The notes below the pieces were generated by a model. That model was given only the letters and a program-made list of their open reading frames with translations. It was not told the origin of the DNA and did no database searches. A stretch of 64,000 bases of DNA from an uncultured Pelagibacteraceae bacterium (GTDB lineage: Bacteria > Pseudomonadota > Alphaproteobacteria > Pelagibacterales > AG-422-B15). Below, in pieces: positions 31,436-40,782 of this stretch. Numbering within the stretch: position 1 is the first letter of the stretch; each line of letters begins with the position of its first letter. The stretch is from the NCBI GenBank assembly GCA_902588785.1, contig CACIQL010000002.1, forward strand, positions 57,087 through 121,086, given 5' to 3'. A program made the translations under genes and the position numbers.

Positions 31436-32291
31436 TATTCTTTTTATAGGGATTGGAAAAATGGGTTCTCCAATGGCTGGCTACCTATCAAAAAAACATA
31501 ATGTTTCTATTTATAATCGTACAAAAAGTAAATGTGATAACTGGATCAAAAATTATAAAGGAAAAGCTATTGATAAATTATCAGAAACTAATCAAAAATA
31601 TGATTTTATTATTTCATGTGTAGGCAATGATGAAGATTTAAAAGAAATCACTTCAATAGATAAAGGCTGTTTAAACTCTGTTAAAGAAAAGACAGTATTC
31701 ATTGATCATTCAACTGTATCTCCAAAGATAGTAAGAGAAGTAGAAAAAAACTTAGAAAATTTGGGTGTTAGTTTCCTTGATGCCCCAATATCAGGAGGAC
31801 AAGCGGGAGCAGAGAAAGGCCAATTAAGTATAATGATTGGAGGTTCAAAGGAGGCATATGAAAGAAGTATTGAAATATTAGGATCATATGGAAAAAAAAT
31901 AAAATATATGGGTCCTTCAGGATCTGGTCAGCTAACCAAAATAATAAATCAAATTTGTATTGCTGGACTAATTCAAGGCTTATCAGAATCTATTTATTTT
32001 ATGAAACATACTGATTTAAACCCTGATGATGTATTGGATGTAATTTCTTCAGGTGCTGCACAATCATGGCAAATGGATAATCGTTTTAAATCAATGGTAG
32101 CGGGAGAATTCGAATTTGGTTTTGCCGTTGATTTAATGAGAAAAGATCTTTCCATCGCATTTACAGAAGCAGATACACACGGCATTAATTTAGAGGTGAC
32201 TAAAATTGTAGATAAATTCTACAGTGATGTTCAAAACTTAGGTGGTAATAAACTTGATACATCAAGTTTAATAAAACGTTTAATTAACTAG
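31428..32291 (+). CDS. NAD(P)-dependent beta-hydroxyacid dehydrogenase (3-hydroxyisobutyrate dehydrogenase family)
   Basis: 287 aa. N-terminal FIGIGKMGSPMA Rossmann motif and DAPISGG motif. 8-nt overlap with the upstream oxidoreductase. Confidence 0.8.
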   Translation: MYNILFIGIGKMGSPMAGYLSKKHNVSIYNRTKSKCDNWIKNYKGKAIDKLSETNQKYDFIISCVGNDEDLKEITSIDKGCLNSVKEKTVFIDHSTVSPKIVREVEKNLENLGVSFLDAPISGGQAGAEKGQLSIMIGGSKEAYERSIEILGSYGKKIKYMGPSGSGQLTKIINQICIAGLIQGLSESIYFMKHTDLNPDDVLDVISSGAAQSWQMDNRFKSMVAGEFEFGFAVDLMRKDLSIAFTEADTHGINLEVTKIVDKFYSDVQNLGGNKLDTSSLIKRLIN

Positions 32292-33287
32292 TTTTAAAAA
32301 CTCTGAAACTTCAGGCGCAAAATATGTAATTATTGCATCTGCTCCTGCTCTTTTGAATGAAGACAATTGTTCTATAACCATAGTTTCTTCGTTAATTATA
32401 CCTTGCTGTGATCCGAATTTAATGAGTGAGTACTCACCTGAAACTTGGTAGGCAAATGTGGGATACTTAAGTTCATTCTTAATTCTGTATATGATGTCCA
32501 AATAGCTAATTCCAGGCTTTACCATTATCATATCGGCCCCTTCAGCTATGTCCATTGATGCCTCTCTGATTGCTTCATCAGAATTTAATATATTCATCTG
32601 GTAAGTTTTTTTATCTGTCTTTAAATTCTTGGATGAGCCAACAGCATCTCTAAATGGCGCATACATGCTTGATGAATATTTTGCTGCATAAGACAAAATG
32701 AGAGTATCCACAAACTTATTTTTTTCTAACTCGTCTCTAATCATGCCAATCCGACCATCCATCATATCTGAAGGAGCAATTATATCTGCACCATGTTCAG
32801 CAAGCAGGATAGATTGTTTAACTAAAACACCATTAGTTTCGTCGTTTAGAATCTTACCTTCATCGCTTAATAATCCATCATGGCCATGATCTGTATATGG
32901 ATCTAATGCAACATCGCACATAATACCAAAGTCAGGCTTATGACTTTTAAGCTTTTCAAGAGACCTACAAACTAAATTATCTGAATTTAGTGCTTCATCT
33001 CCATATTTTGTTTTTAGCTCCTGAGGCGTGAATGGAAATACAGCTATAAGATTTATTTTATGCTCACTAGCAATATCATAGACCTCATTTAAATTGTCTA
33101 TCGAATACCTATAAACATTAGGCATTGATTGAATTTCATCTTTGATATTGTTTCCTTCGCATACAAAAACTGGCCAAACTAAATCGTTTGAACTAAGCAT
33201 ATTTTCTTGAGTAAGGTTTCTGATCCATTTAGCTTGACGAGTTCGTCGCAACCTATTTTTTGGATATTTAAGTTTTGATACACTCAT
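32280..33287 (-). CDS. hemB: Porphobilinogen synthase (delta-aminolevulinate dehydratase)
   Basis: 335 aa. IIAPSDMMDGR and MVKPG active-site Lys regions. Asp-rich CDVALDPYTDHGHDG (non-zinc type). Confidence 0.93.
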   Translation of the reverse strand: MSVSKLKYPKNRLRRTRQAKWIRNLTQENMLSSNDLVWPVFVCEGNNIKDEIQSMPNVYRYSIDNLNEVYDIASEHKINLIAVFPFTPQELKTKYGDEALNSDNLVCRSLEKLKSHKPDFGIMCDVALDPYTDHGHDGLLSDEGKILNDETNGVLVKQSILLAEHGADIIAPSDMMDGRIGMIRDELEKNKFVDTLILSYAAKYSSSMYAPFRDAVGSSKNLKTDKKTYQMNILNSDEAIREASMDIAEGADMIMVKPGISYLDIIYRIKNELKYPTFAYQVSGEYSLIKFGSQQGIINEETMVIEQLSSFKRAGADAIITYFAPEVSEFLKLVN

Positions 33288-34051
33288 TTAGATTTTTTCT
33301 TTGGCAATATTATAAAAGAGCTAGTAGAGTTTATATACTCAGCATAACCATTCTTCTTTTTTGATAATCTATTTTCTAACATAGTCACACCAGAAACCCT
33401 AAGCAATAAGTAAGTCATTATTATTGGAGCAATAAAAATTAATAAATTGTTGGATAATGCAAAACAGTAAATTGTAATACCCCACCAAAATAGACTATCC
33501 CCGAAATAATTAGGGTGTCTTGAATAATACCAAAGCCCTTTATCCATAACTTTATTAATATTATTTTGATCTGATTTAAATTTGGATAATTGTATATCAG
33601 CTATCGTTTCAATAAGAATTCCTGAAAGTGCTATCAATATACCTACCCAATGGACAAAACTTAGATCAGTACTAGTGTCTAAAATGCTGATCAGGGGCAA
33701 TGATATAATTGGAATTAAAATTATTTGGATTAAGTAAGCTGTTAAATAAAGACCAATATCTCCTCTAGCTTCTCTAATTTTAACATATCTAATATCCTCA
33801 GTCTTATTAACATTTCTAATTAAAAGATAGATACCAAGTCTAAAACCCCATATTGTTGTTAGAAATAAGCATATTATTTCAGTAACAGAAAATGAATTAT
33901 CTAATACCAGAGCCAACAGAAATGAAAAAAAGAAACTGGGACCCCAGTAAATATCAATAAAATCTGCTCTTCTGGTTTTAAGGGACGATATCCACAAAAT
34001 AGTGATGACGATAAAATTGAAGCCTAATATAGTAATAAAATTAAGTAACAT
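33284..34051 (-). CDS. DUF1295 / steroid-5-alpha-reductase-like membrane protein
   Basis: 255 aa, polytopic. YSRHPNYFGDSLFWWG motif typical of this family. Confidence 0.7.
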   Translation of the reverse strand: MLLNFITILGFNFIVITILWISSLKTRRADFIDIYWGPSFFFSFLLALVLDNSFSVTEIICLFLTTIWGFRLGIYLLIRNVNKTEDIRYVKIREARGDIGLYLTAYLIQIILIPIISLPLISILDTSTDLSFVHWVGILIALSGILIETIADIQLSKFKSDQNNINKVMDKGLWYYSRHPNYFGDSLFWWGITIYCFALSNNLLIFIAPIIMTYLLLRVSGVTMLENRLSKKKNGYAEYINSTSSFIILPKKKSK

Positions 34052-34065
34052 AATTCAGTATATAT

Positions 34066-34815
34066 ATGTCTTTTAAATTTTTAGACAATTATAATTTTAT
34101 TCCATTCGCACATCGTGGCGGTTCCTATGATTTTTGTGAAAATACTTTAGATGCATTCAATAATTCAATTAATTTAGGATATCGGCACATCGAAACAGAT
34201 GTGAGGCATACAAAAGATAATAAGTTAATAATATTTCATGATCCAGATTTAAAAAGAATTCTTGGCCTAGATGTAAAAATAGAAAATTTAAATTATGAAG
34301 AGTTAAAAAATAAAAAAATTTTTGAGACACATACAATCCCATTACTTGACGAGGCCTTATCTTCTTGGCCTGAGATAAATTTTAATATTGAACCCAAAAG
34401 TTTAGAGTCTGCATACTTATTGAAAGATAAATTAAAATCTATGAAAAATATTGACAGGATATGTATTGGTTCATTTAGTAATACTAAGATAGATATTTTG
34501 AGAAAAGAGTTTAAAGATAATCTATGTTCATCGATGACTAAGAGTGAGACCATATTATTTTTTCTTAATAGATTATTTTCTATCTATGATAATAGTATTC
34601 CATGTCTTCAAATACCTATGACATATATGGGCTTTAGAATTGTTACTAGTGATCTAGTCGAGCATGTTCATAGTCTTGGAAAAAAAATACATGTCTGGAC
34701 AATTAATGATGAAAACCAGATGATAGATCTAATAAATATAAATGTTGACGGTATAATGACAGATAAACCGACAACTTTAAAAAAAGTCTTACAAAAAAAG
34801 TCTCTTTGGAATTAA
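34066..34815 (+). CDS. Glycerophosphodiester phosphodiesterase family protein (second paralog in the window)
   Basis: 249 aa. FAHRGG, ETDVR, IFHDPDL, VWTIN motifs. Confidence 0.8.
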   Translation: MSFKFLDNYNFIPFAHRGGSYDFCENTLDAFNNSINLGYRHIETDVRHTKDNKLIIFHDPDLKRILGLDVKIENLNYEELKNKKIFETHTIPLLDEALSSWPEINFNIEPKSLESAYLLKDKLKSMKNIDRICIGSFSNTKIDILRKEFKDNLCSSMTKSETILFFLNRLFSIYDNSIPCLQIPMTYMGFRIVTSDLVEHVHSLGKKIHVWTINDENQMIDLININVDGIMTDKPTTLKKVLQKKSLWN

Positions 34816-34870
34816 TTATTGTATTTTTTTATATACAAGATTTAGTATAATTAGTTTAATAATATCCTAT

Positions 34871-35308
34871 ATGAGTGAACAAACTAAAGTATCTATTGCT
34901 TCAGACCACGCAGGTTTTGATCTAAAAGATCAAATAATCAAACGCCTTTTAGATTGTGGAGTTGATGTTATTGATAGAGGGCCAGATAAAAAAGATCCAG
35001 TAGATTATCCTGACTACGCTTCAAAAGTTACAAATGATATTTTAAATGAAAAAGCTCATAAGGGCGTATTAGTCTGTGGAACTGGCCAAGGGATGGCAAT
35101 GGCAGCAAATAAAAAACCTGGGATAAGAGCTGCTCTTTGTTATAGCAGTGAGGTTACAAAATTAGCTAGGGAACATAATGATGCAAATATTTTGACTTTA
35201 GGCGCTCGTGTTATAGATCAAGCTACAGCCTTAAGTCTAGTTGAAACATTCTTAAATACGGACTTTGAAGGCAGCCGACACGCTGTTAGAATAAATAAAA
35301 TAGGATAA
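34871..35308 (+). CDS. rpiB: Ribose-5-phosphate isomerase B
   Basis: 145 aa. [10 protein letters not shown] and [13 protein letters not shown]. Confidence 0.92.
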   Translation: MSEQTKVSIASDHAGFDLKDQIIKRLLDCGVDVIDRGPDKKDPVDYPDYASKVTNDILNEKAHKGVLVCGTGQGMAMAANKKPGIRAALCYSSEVTKLAREHNDANILTLGARVIDQATALSLVETFLNTDFEGSRHAVRINKIG

Positions 35309-35312
35309 ATAT

Positions 35313-36575
35313 ATGACTTTTTTTTCATCTCCACTTCAAGAAATAGATAACGAAATTCATGAAGCAATAAACAAAGAACTTTCAAGACAACAAAATCAGA
35401 TTGAGTTAATTGCATCTGAAAATATAGTTTCAAAAGCCGTATTAGAAGCTCAAGGATCTGTATTAACAAATAAATATGCAGAAGGGTATACGGCTGCCCG
35501 TTATTATGGAGGCTGTGAATTTGTTGATATTGCTGAGGACCTTGCAATTCAGAGACTAAAAAAACTCTATAAATGCGAATATGCTAATGTACAGCCTCAT
35601 TCAGGAGCGCAGGCTAATGGCGCGGTTATGTTAGCTCTAATAAAACCAGGAGATACAATTTTAGGTATGAGCTTGGATGCTGGTGGACATTTAACTCATG
35701 GTTCAGCACCATCCATGTCAGGAAAATGGTTTAATGCAGTTCAGTATGGATTGGATGATGAAGGGTTGATAAATTATGATGAAGTTGAGTCGCTCGCAAA
35801 AGAACATAAACCTAAAATAATAATTGCAGGAGGAAGTGCTTACTCGAGAATTATAGACTTCAAAAGATTTCGTGAAATTTGTGACTTGGTAGGAGCATAT
35901 CTGCATGTAGATATGGCTCACTTTTCAGGATTAGTTGCAGCTGAAGAGTATCCTAATCCTATAGAATTTGCAGATGTTGTTACTTCGACAACTCATAAAA
36001 CTATAAGAGGTGCTAGAGGTGGCATGATACTTTCGAATAATAAAGACTTAGGCAAAAAATTTAATTCAGCTGTATTCCCAGGGTATCAAGGTGGACCTCT
36101 AATGCATGTAATAGCAGGTAAAGCTGTTGCCTTTGGTGAAGCTCTAAAACCAGAATTTAAAGAATATATAAAACAAGTTATTAAAAATGCACAAACTCTT
36201 AGTCAAACACTAGTAGATGGTGGTCTCAAAATTGTTTCTGGAGGTACAGACACGCATTTAATATTAGTTGATTTAACCCCAATGGACCTGACAGGCGATG
36301 CGGCTTCAACAAGTCTTGAGGAAGCTCACATTACATGTAATAAAAACGGAATACCAAAGGACCCGAAACCCCCAAAAATAACTTCTGGAATCAGGTTGGG
36401 GACTCCTGCTGCTACAACAAGAGGTTTTAAAGAAAAGGAATTTGAAACTGTTGGAAATTTAATCCTTGAAACGTTATCAGGACTAAAACAAAACCCAAAA
36501 GATAATAGTAAAGTTGAAAAAATAGTAAAAGAGAAAGTGATAAATCTCTGTAATCAATTTCCAATTTATAATTAG
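35313..36575 (+). CDS. glyA: Serine hydroxymethyltransferase
   Basis: 420 aa. PLP-lysine motif [14 protein letters not shown]. Confidence 0.96.
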   Translation: MTFFSSPLQEIDNEIHEAINKELSRQQNQIELIASENIVSKAVLEAQGSVLTNKYAEGYTAARYYGGCEFVDIAEDLAIQRLKKLYKCEYANVQPHSGAQANGAVMLALIKPGDTILGMSLDAGGHLTHGSAPSMSGKWFNAVQYGLDDEGLINYDEVESLAKEHKPKIIIAGGSAYSRIIDFKRFREICDLVGAYLHVDMAHFSGLVAAEEYPNPIEFADVVTSTTHKTIRGARGGMILSNNKDLGKKFNSAVFPGYQGGPLMHVIAGKAVAFGEALKPEFKEYIKQVIKNAQTLSQTLVDGGLKIVSGGTDTHLILVDLTPMDLTGDAASTSLEEAHITCNKNGIPKDPKPPKITSGIRLGTPAATTRGFKEKEFETVGNLILETLSGLKQNPKDNSKVEKIVKEKVINLCNQFPIYN

Positions 36576-36583
36576 GTGACAAT

Positions 36584-37042
36584 ATGAAGTGTCCATTTTG
36601 TGGAAATAATGATACCCAAGTCAAGGACTCACGAGCTACGGAGGACAATTCTGCTATAAGAAGAAGAAGGTTTTGCTCTGCATGTGGCGCACGCTTTACA
36701 ACATTTGAACGTATACAATTGAGGGAACTGACTGTTCTTAAAAAATCAGGAAAGAAAGTCCCATTTGATCGTGATAAACTAGAAAGATCAGTGCAAATTG
36801 CTCTAAGAAAAAGACCAGTTGACAATGAAAGAGTTGATAGAATGATTAGTGGTATAGTTAGAAGAGTTGAGAGTCTAGGTGAAACAGAAGTTTCATCAGA
36901 TGTGATAGGTGAAATTGTTATGGAAGGATTGCAAAGCATTGACTCTGTTGCATATGTTCGTTTTGCATCAGTCTATAAAAATTTTCGTGAGGCAAAAGAT
37001 TTTGAAGAGTTCTTAGGTGTAATTTCTTCCACTGAAGATTAG
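36584..37042 (+). CDS. nrdR: Transcriptional repressor NrdR
   Basis: 152 aa. Zinc ribbon MKCPFCG...[12 protein letters not shown] plus an ATP-cone. Confidence 0.95.
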   Translation: MKCPFCGNNDTQVKDSRATEDNSAIRRRRFCSACGARFTTFERIQLRELTVLKKSGKKVPFDRDKLERSVQIALRKRPVDNERVDRMISGIVRRVESLGETEVSSDVIGEIVMEGLQSIDSVAYVRFASVYKNFREAKDFEEFLGVISSTED

Positions 37043-37050
37043 GTTAGCAT

Positions 37051-38136
37051 TTGAGTGAAAAAAATTATCTTAGAATCGCAGAAAGGATGGCACTTAGGGC
37101 CATTGGTACAACTTATCCAAACCCTCCGGTAGGAGCAGTAATTGTTAACAACGGTATAATTTTGTCAAGAGGCTGGACACAGCCTAAAGGGGTACCTCAC
37201 GCCGAAATTCATGCAATAAACCAAATTAAAAATAAAAAAGATATCAAAGGTGCTCATTTGTATTGCACTCTAGAACCATGTTCGCACGAAGGTAAAACCC
37301 CTCCTTGTGTTGATAAAATTATAGAACTCAAATTTGCAAAAGTGATTATCTCTCAGGTTGATAAAAATCCTCTAGTAAATAATAATTCAGTAAAAAAGTT
37401 AAGGTCAGCTGGTATTAAAGTTATTATTAAAAATTTTGGAGATAAAGTAGAAGAATTAAATAATATTTTTTTTAATTCAATAAAAGATCATAAGCCATTC
37501 ATAACACTTAAAATTGCATCTACAGCTGATGGCAAGATTGCGACAAATCTATACGAAAGTAAATGGATCACTAATTCAACTTCAAGAATGTTAGGCCATA
37601 AATTTAGATCGTTGAACGAATGTTTGATTGTAGGAACTGGCACAATAAGAAAAGATAACCCCATGTTAGATTGTAGGCTTGAAGGACTGAGTAAAAGATC
37701 TCCTGATATATTTGTTTTAGATAGAAGACTAGATTTAAAGCATAATTTAAAAATATTTAGTAATAAAAACCGTAAAATATATATTTTTCATTCTGATAAA
37801 ATGAAGAAAAAAATTTTAAATTCAAAGAATATAAAGTATATAAAAATTGAAGAAGTAAATAATGTGTTAGATATCAATACTGTCATAAGAAAAATATCTG
37901 ATTTAGGGTATATGAGAGTGTTGGTTGAAGGAGGCTCAAAATTATCAGCTTCTCTGTTGAATGAAAATCTTATTGACGAAATAGCTTGGTTTAGGGCGAG
38001 CAAAATAATGGGAAATAAAGGTATTAATGCTATTTCAAATTTAGATATTGATAGTATTGAAAATTTAAAAAAATTTAAATTAATTAGCGCTAAATCGATT
38101 GAAAATGATCAATTATCCATTTATAGGAAAAAATAA
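37051..38136 (+). CDS. ribD: Bifunctional diaminohydroxyphosphoribosylaminopyrimidine deaminase / 5-amino-6-(5-phosphoribosylamino)uracil reductase
   Basis: 361 aa. Deaminase zinc motifs HAEIHAI and CTLEPCSHEGKTPPC; C-terminal reductase domain. TTG start (alternative ATG at 37087). Confidence 0.92.
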   Translation: MSEKNYLRIAERMALRAIGTTYPNPPVGAVIVNNGIILSRGWTQPKGVPHAEIHAINQIKNKKDIKGAHLYCTLEPCSHEGKTPPCVDKIIELKFAKVIISQVDKNPLVNNNSVKKLRSAGIKVIIKNFGDKVEELNNIFFNSIKDHKPFITLKIASTADGKIATNLYESKWITNSTSRMLGHKFRSLNECLIVGTGTIRKDNPMLDCRLEGLSKRSPDIFVLDRRLDLKHNLKIFSNKNRKIYIFHSDKMKKKILNSKNIKYIKIEEVNNVLDINTVIRKISDLGYMRVLVEGGSKLSASLLNENLIDEIAWFRASKIMGNKGINAISNLDIDSIENLKKFKLISAKSIENDQLSIYRKK

Positions 38137-38139
38137 TCC

Positions 38140-38731
38140 ATGTTTTCGGGAATAATAGAAAATATAGGAACTGTTAAAGAGTATAAGAAACTAAAAGACT
38201 ATAGGCTTGTGCTTGATACTAATCTTAACTTTAATGATGTAAAAAAAGGAAGCTCAGTTTGCTGTAATGGAGTATGTTTAACTGTTACATCTAAAAAAAA
38301 ATTATCTAAAAAAACAAGGCTTAGCTTTGATGTTTCAAAAGAGACAGTAAATTGTACAAACTTTAATCATATAAAAATAGGCGATCAAGTAAATATTGAG
38401 AAATCTCTTAGAGTTGGAGACGAAATTAGTGGGCATTTTGTTTTTGGACATGTTGATGATACTGCTTCGTTAGTATCATTAATAAAAATTGGTGGCTCTT
38501 ATGAGTTGAAATTCAAAATTTCTAAAAAAATAAGTAAGTTTATCGCAAAAAAAAGGGTCTGTTGCCATAAATGGCATTTCTCTTACTGTCAATAATTTTA
38601 AAAAAAGTGAAATTTATCTTAATATAATTCCTTACACATGGAAAAAAACTAATCTTAATAAATTAAAAGTAGGCGATAGAATAAACCTTGAAGTAGATAT
38701 GCTTGCAAGATATGTTACGCAAAATCGTTGA
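38140..38731 (+). pseudogene. ribE: Riboflavin synthase alpha chain with an interrupted reading frame. Frame-0 ORF 38140..38595 continues in the +1 frame from 38555 to 38731.
   Basis: MFSGIIE start and first barrel GVCLTV. At GCA AAA AAA AGG (A8 at 38547-38554), dropping one A reads AKKGSVAINGISLTVNNFKKSEIYLNIIPYTWKKTNLNKLKVGDRINLEVDMLARYV*. This is the conserved second barrel. Confidence 0.9.
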
Positions 38732-38737
38732 CCTATA

Positions 38738-39865
38738 TTGCTTATGAATAATGAATTTATATCATCTATTGAAGAAATAATTGAAGACCAAAAAAATGGT
38801 AAAATGGTAATTATGGTCGATGATGAAGATCGTGAAAATGAGGGAGATTTGATCATTCCTGCAGCAAAAGTTGACGATAAGGCAATAAACTTTATGGCAA
38901 CTCATGGTAGGGGTTTAATTTGTCTATCGCTAACAGAGGAAAGAGTGAAGATACTTGATTTACCTTTGATGTCACAAAATAATGACTCTCGTGACTCCAC
39001 TGCATTTACAATATCCATAGAAGCAAAAGAGGGTGTTACAACGGGTATTTCTGCACAGGACCGAGCTGTGACAATCTTAACTGCAATTGATCAAAACAAA
39101 TCAAAAAAAGATATTATGAGTCCCGGTCATGTATTTCCATTAGTTGCCAGAGACGGAGGGGTATTAATGAGAGCTGGTCATACAGAAGCATCAGTTGATT
39201 TAGCTAGGCTTAGCGGACATTCTCCAGCGGGAGTTATTTGTGAAATAATGAATGATGATGGCACTATGGCTAGAATACCTGATCTTATTGCATTTTCAAA
39301 AAAACATAGAATCAAAATAGGAAGAATAGTGGATTTAATTTCACATAGAAGAGATAAAGATAAGTTTATTAAAAATTCTTATGACTCAGAAATAAACTTA
39401 GACTCAGGTGGTAAATTTAATATCAAAATATATGAGTCACTCTATGACGGGACCGAGCAAATTGTACTAACAAAAGGAGATGTGAGTGATGGAAATCCGA
39501 TTATGGTCAGAGTACATGTTACAGACTACTTTGATAATTTGTTTGGTAAATACGGAAGTGATGATGCTTCATTGCACAAAGCTATTAAGACCATTGAAAA
39601 GGAAAATAGAGGAGTCATTATCTTAATTAGAGATACTGGTAAATCTATAATTAATAATTTAATAAAAAACCAATCAAATCTAGGTAATCAAATACAAACT
39701 ACGAGTGACGAACTTAGAATTTATGGTATGGGAGCGCAAATCCTATCAGAAATTGGAGTAAAAAAAATGATACTTCTTACAAATACTGAGTGGAAATTTA
39801 TTGGTTTAGATGCTTTTGATATTGAAATTATTGAGACTAGATTTTTAAATACTATAAATGACTAA
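38738..39865 (+). CDS. ribB: 3,4-dihydroxy-2-butanone-4-phosphate synthase fused to a GTP-cyclohydrolase-II-like domain that lacks the zinc cysteines (RibBX type)
   Basis: 375 aa. DHBPS motifs DDEDRENEGDLI and RAGHTEASVDLA. The C-terminal half aligns to RibA, but the region VRVHVTDYFDNLFGKYGSD has no Cys. Confidence 0.88.
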   Translation: MLMNNEFISSIEEIIEDQKNGKMVIMVDDEDRENEGDLIIPAAKVDDKAINFMATHGRGLICLSLTEERVKILDLPLMSQNNDSRDSTAFTISIEAKEGVTTGISAQDRAVTILTAIDQNKSKKDIMSPGHVFPLVARDGGVLMRAGHTEASVDLARLSGHSPAGVICEIMNDDGTMARIPDLIAFSKKHRIKIGRIVDLISHRRDKDKFIKNSYDSEINLDSGGKFNIKIYESLYDGTEQIVLTKGDVSDGNPIMVRVHVTDYFDNLFGKYGSDDASLHKAIKTIEKENRGVIILIRDTGKSIINNLIKNQSNLGNQIQTTSDELRIYGMGAQILSEIGVKKMILLTNTEWKFIGLDAFDIEIIETRFLNTIND

Positions 39866-40271
39866 AAAATATAAATTCTTAATAGTAGCCTCGACTTTTT
39901 ATCCCAAAATAACAGAAGGTTTATTGAATGGTGCAGTTACTGAGTTGAAAAGACTAAAATTTAATTACGATGTATTTAGAGTAAACGGATCGCTTGAAAT
40001 CCCTGTTCAAATAGCGATACTTCTTAAAAGAAAAAGATACGATGCAGTTATTGCAGTGGGCTGTATTATTAAAGGTAAGACAGATCATTATGAGTTTATT
40101 GCAAATGCTATTACAAATTCACTACTTTCAATATCTGTTAAAAATAGAATTCCAGTTTCCAACACAGTTCTTACATGTTCAAGCATTAGGCAGGCAACTG
40201 AGCGATCTTCAAAAAAACTCAATAGAGCAAAAGAAGCAGTTTTAGCAGCTATATCAGTTTTAAAAAATTAA
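39858..40271 (+). CDS. ribH: 6,7-dimethyl-8-ribityllumazine synthase
   Basis: 137 aa. VNGSLEIP and GCIIKGKTDHYEFI motifs. Confidence 0.9.
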   Translation: MTKKYKFLIVASTFYPKITEGLLNGAVTELKRLKFNYDVFRVNGSLEIPVQIAILLKRKRYDAVIAVGCIIKGKTDHYEFIANAITNSLLSISVKNRIPVSNTVLTCSSIRQATERSSKKLNRAKEAVLAAISVLKN

Positions 40272-40277
40272 AAATCA

Positions 40278-40700
40278 ATGTCTGATGTAAAATCATATCA
40301 AAGGCTTTTAGCTGTTCAGGCTCTTTATGAATTTACTATTAATAAAAAAGGTTTAGACGACTCCTTTGATGAATTACTTCTACACATTGTTGAAAATAGT
40401 AATTTTAAAAATAAAATAAATAGCTCAAAACTTTTACTTACTAAAGAAATATTTAAAGGTGTTTTTTTTAATTTGAAAAAAATAGACTTAATATTAGAAA
40501 GTTCGCTTAAGAATAAAAGTAAAGTCCAATCTTTTGATAAATTACTATTATCTATCTTCAGGTGTGCAATATATGAGATTGAAGTAAAAAAAGAAATTTC
40601 GAAGAAAATTGTTATTTCAGAGTATTTATTGATATCAAATCATTTTTTTGGCAATAAAGAGGCTGCACTTTTAAATGGAGTACTTGATAACCTTAGATAA
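40278..40700 (+). CDS. nusB: Transcription antitermination factor NusB
   Basis: 140 aa. Conserved position after ribH; LAVQALYE start motif. Confidence 0.85.
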   Translation: MSDVKSYQRLLAVQALYEFTINKKGLDDSFDELLLHIVENSNFKNKINSSKLLLTKEIFKGVFFNLKKIDLILESSLKNKSKVQSFDKLLLSIFRCAIYEIEVKKEISKKIVISEYLLISNHFFGNKEAALLNGVLDNLR

Positions 40701-40782
40701 AATTAGAATAAAATAAAAGTTGCATATTTATGTAATTTTTGGCATTTTCTCCACCAGCAATAAACAATTAAGGACATAAGAT

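Noticed and set aside
36427-36939. A 170-aa ORF on the minus strand spanning nrdR and the glyA 3' end, unusually long for an AT-rich genome.
   Set aside because: It lies antisense to two strongly conserved genes. The translation is S/L/T-rich and of low complexity with no recognisable motif. It is a typical shadow ORF of a codon-biased sense frame.
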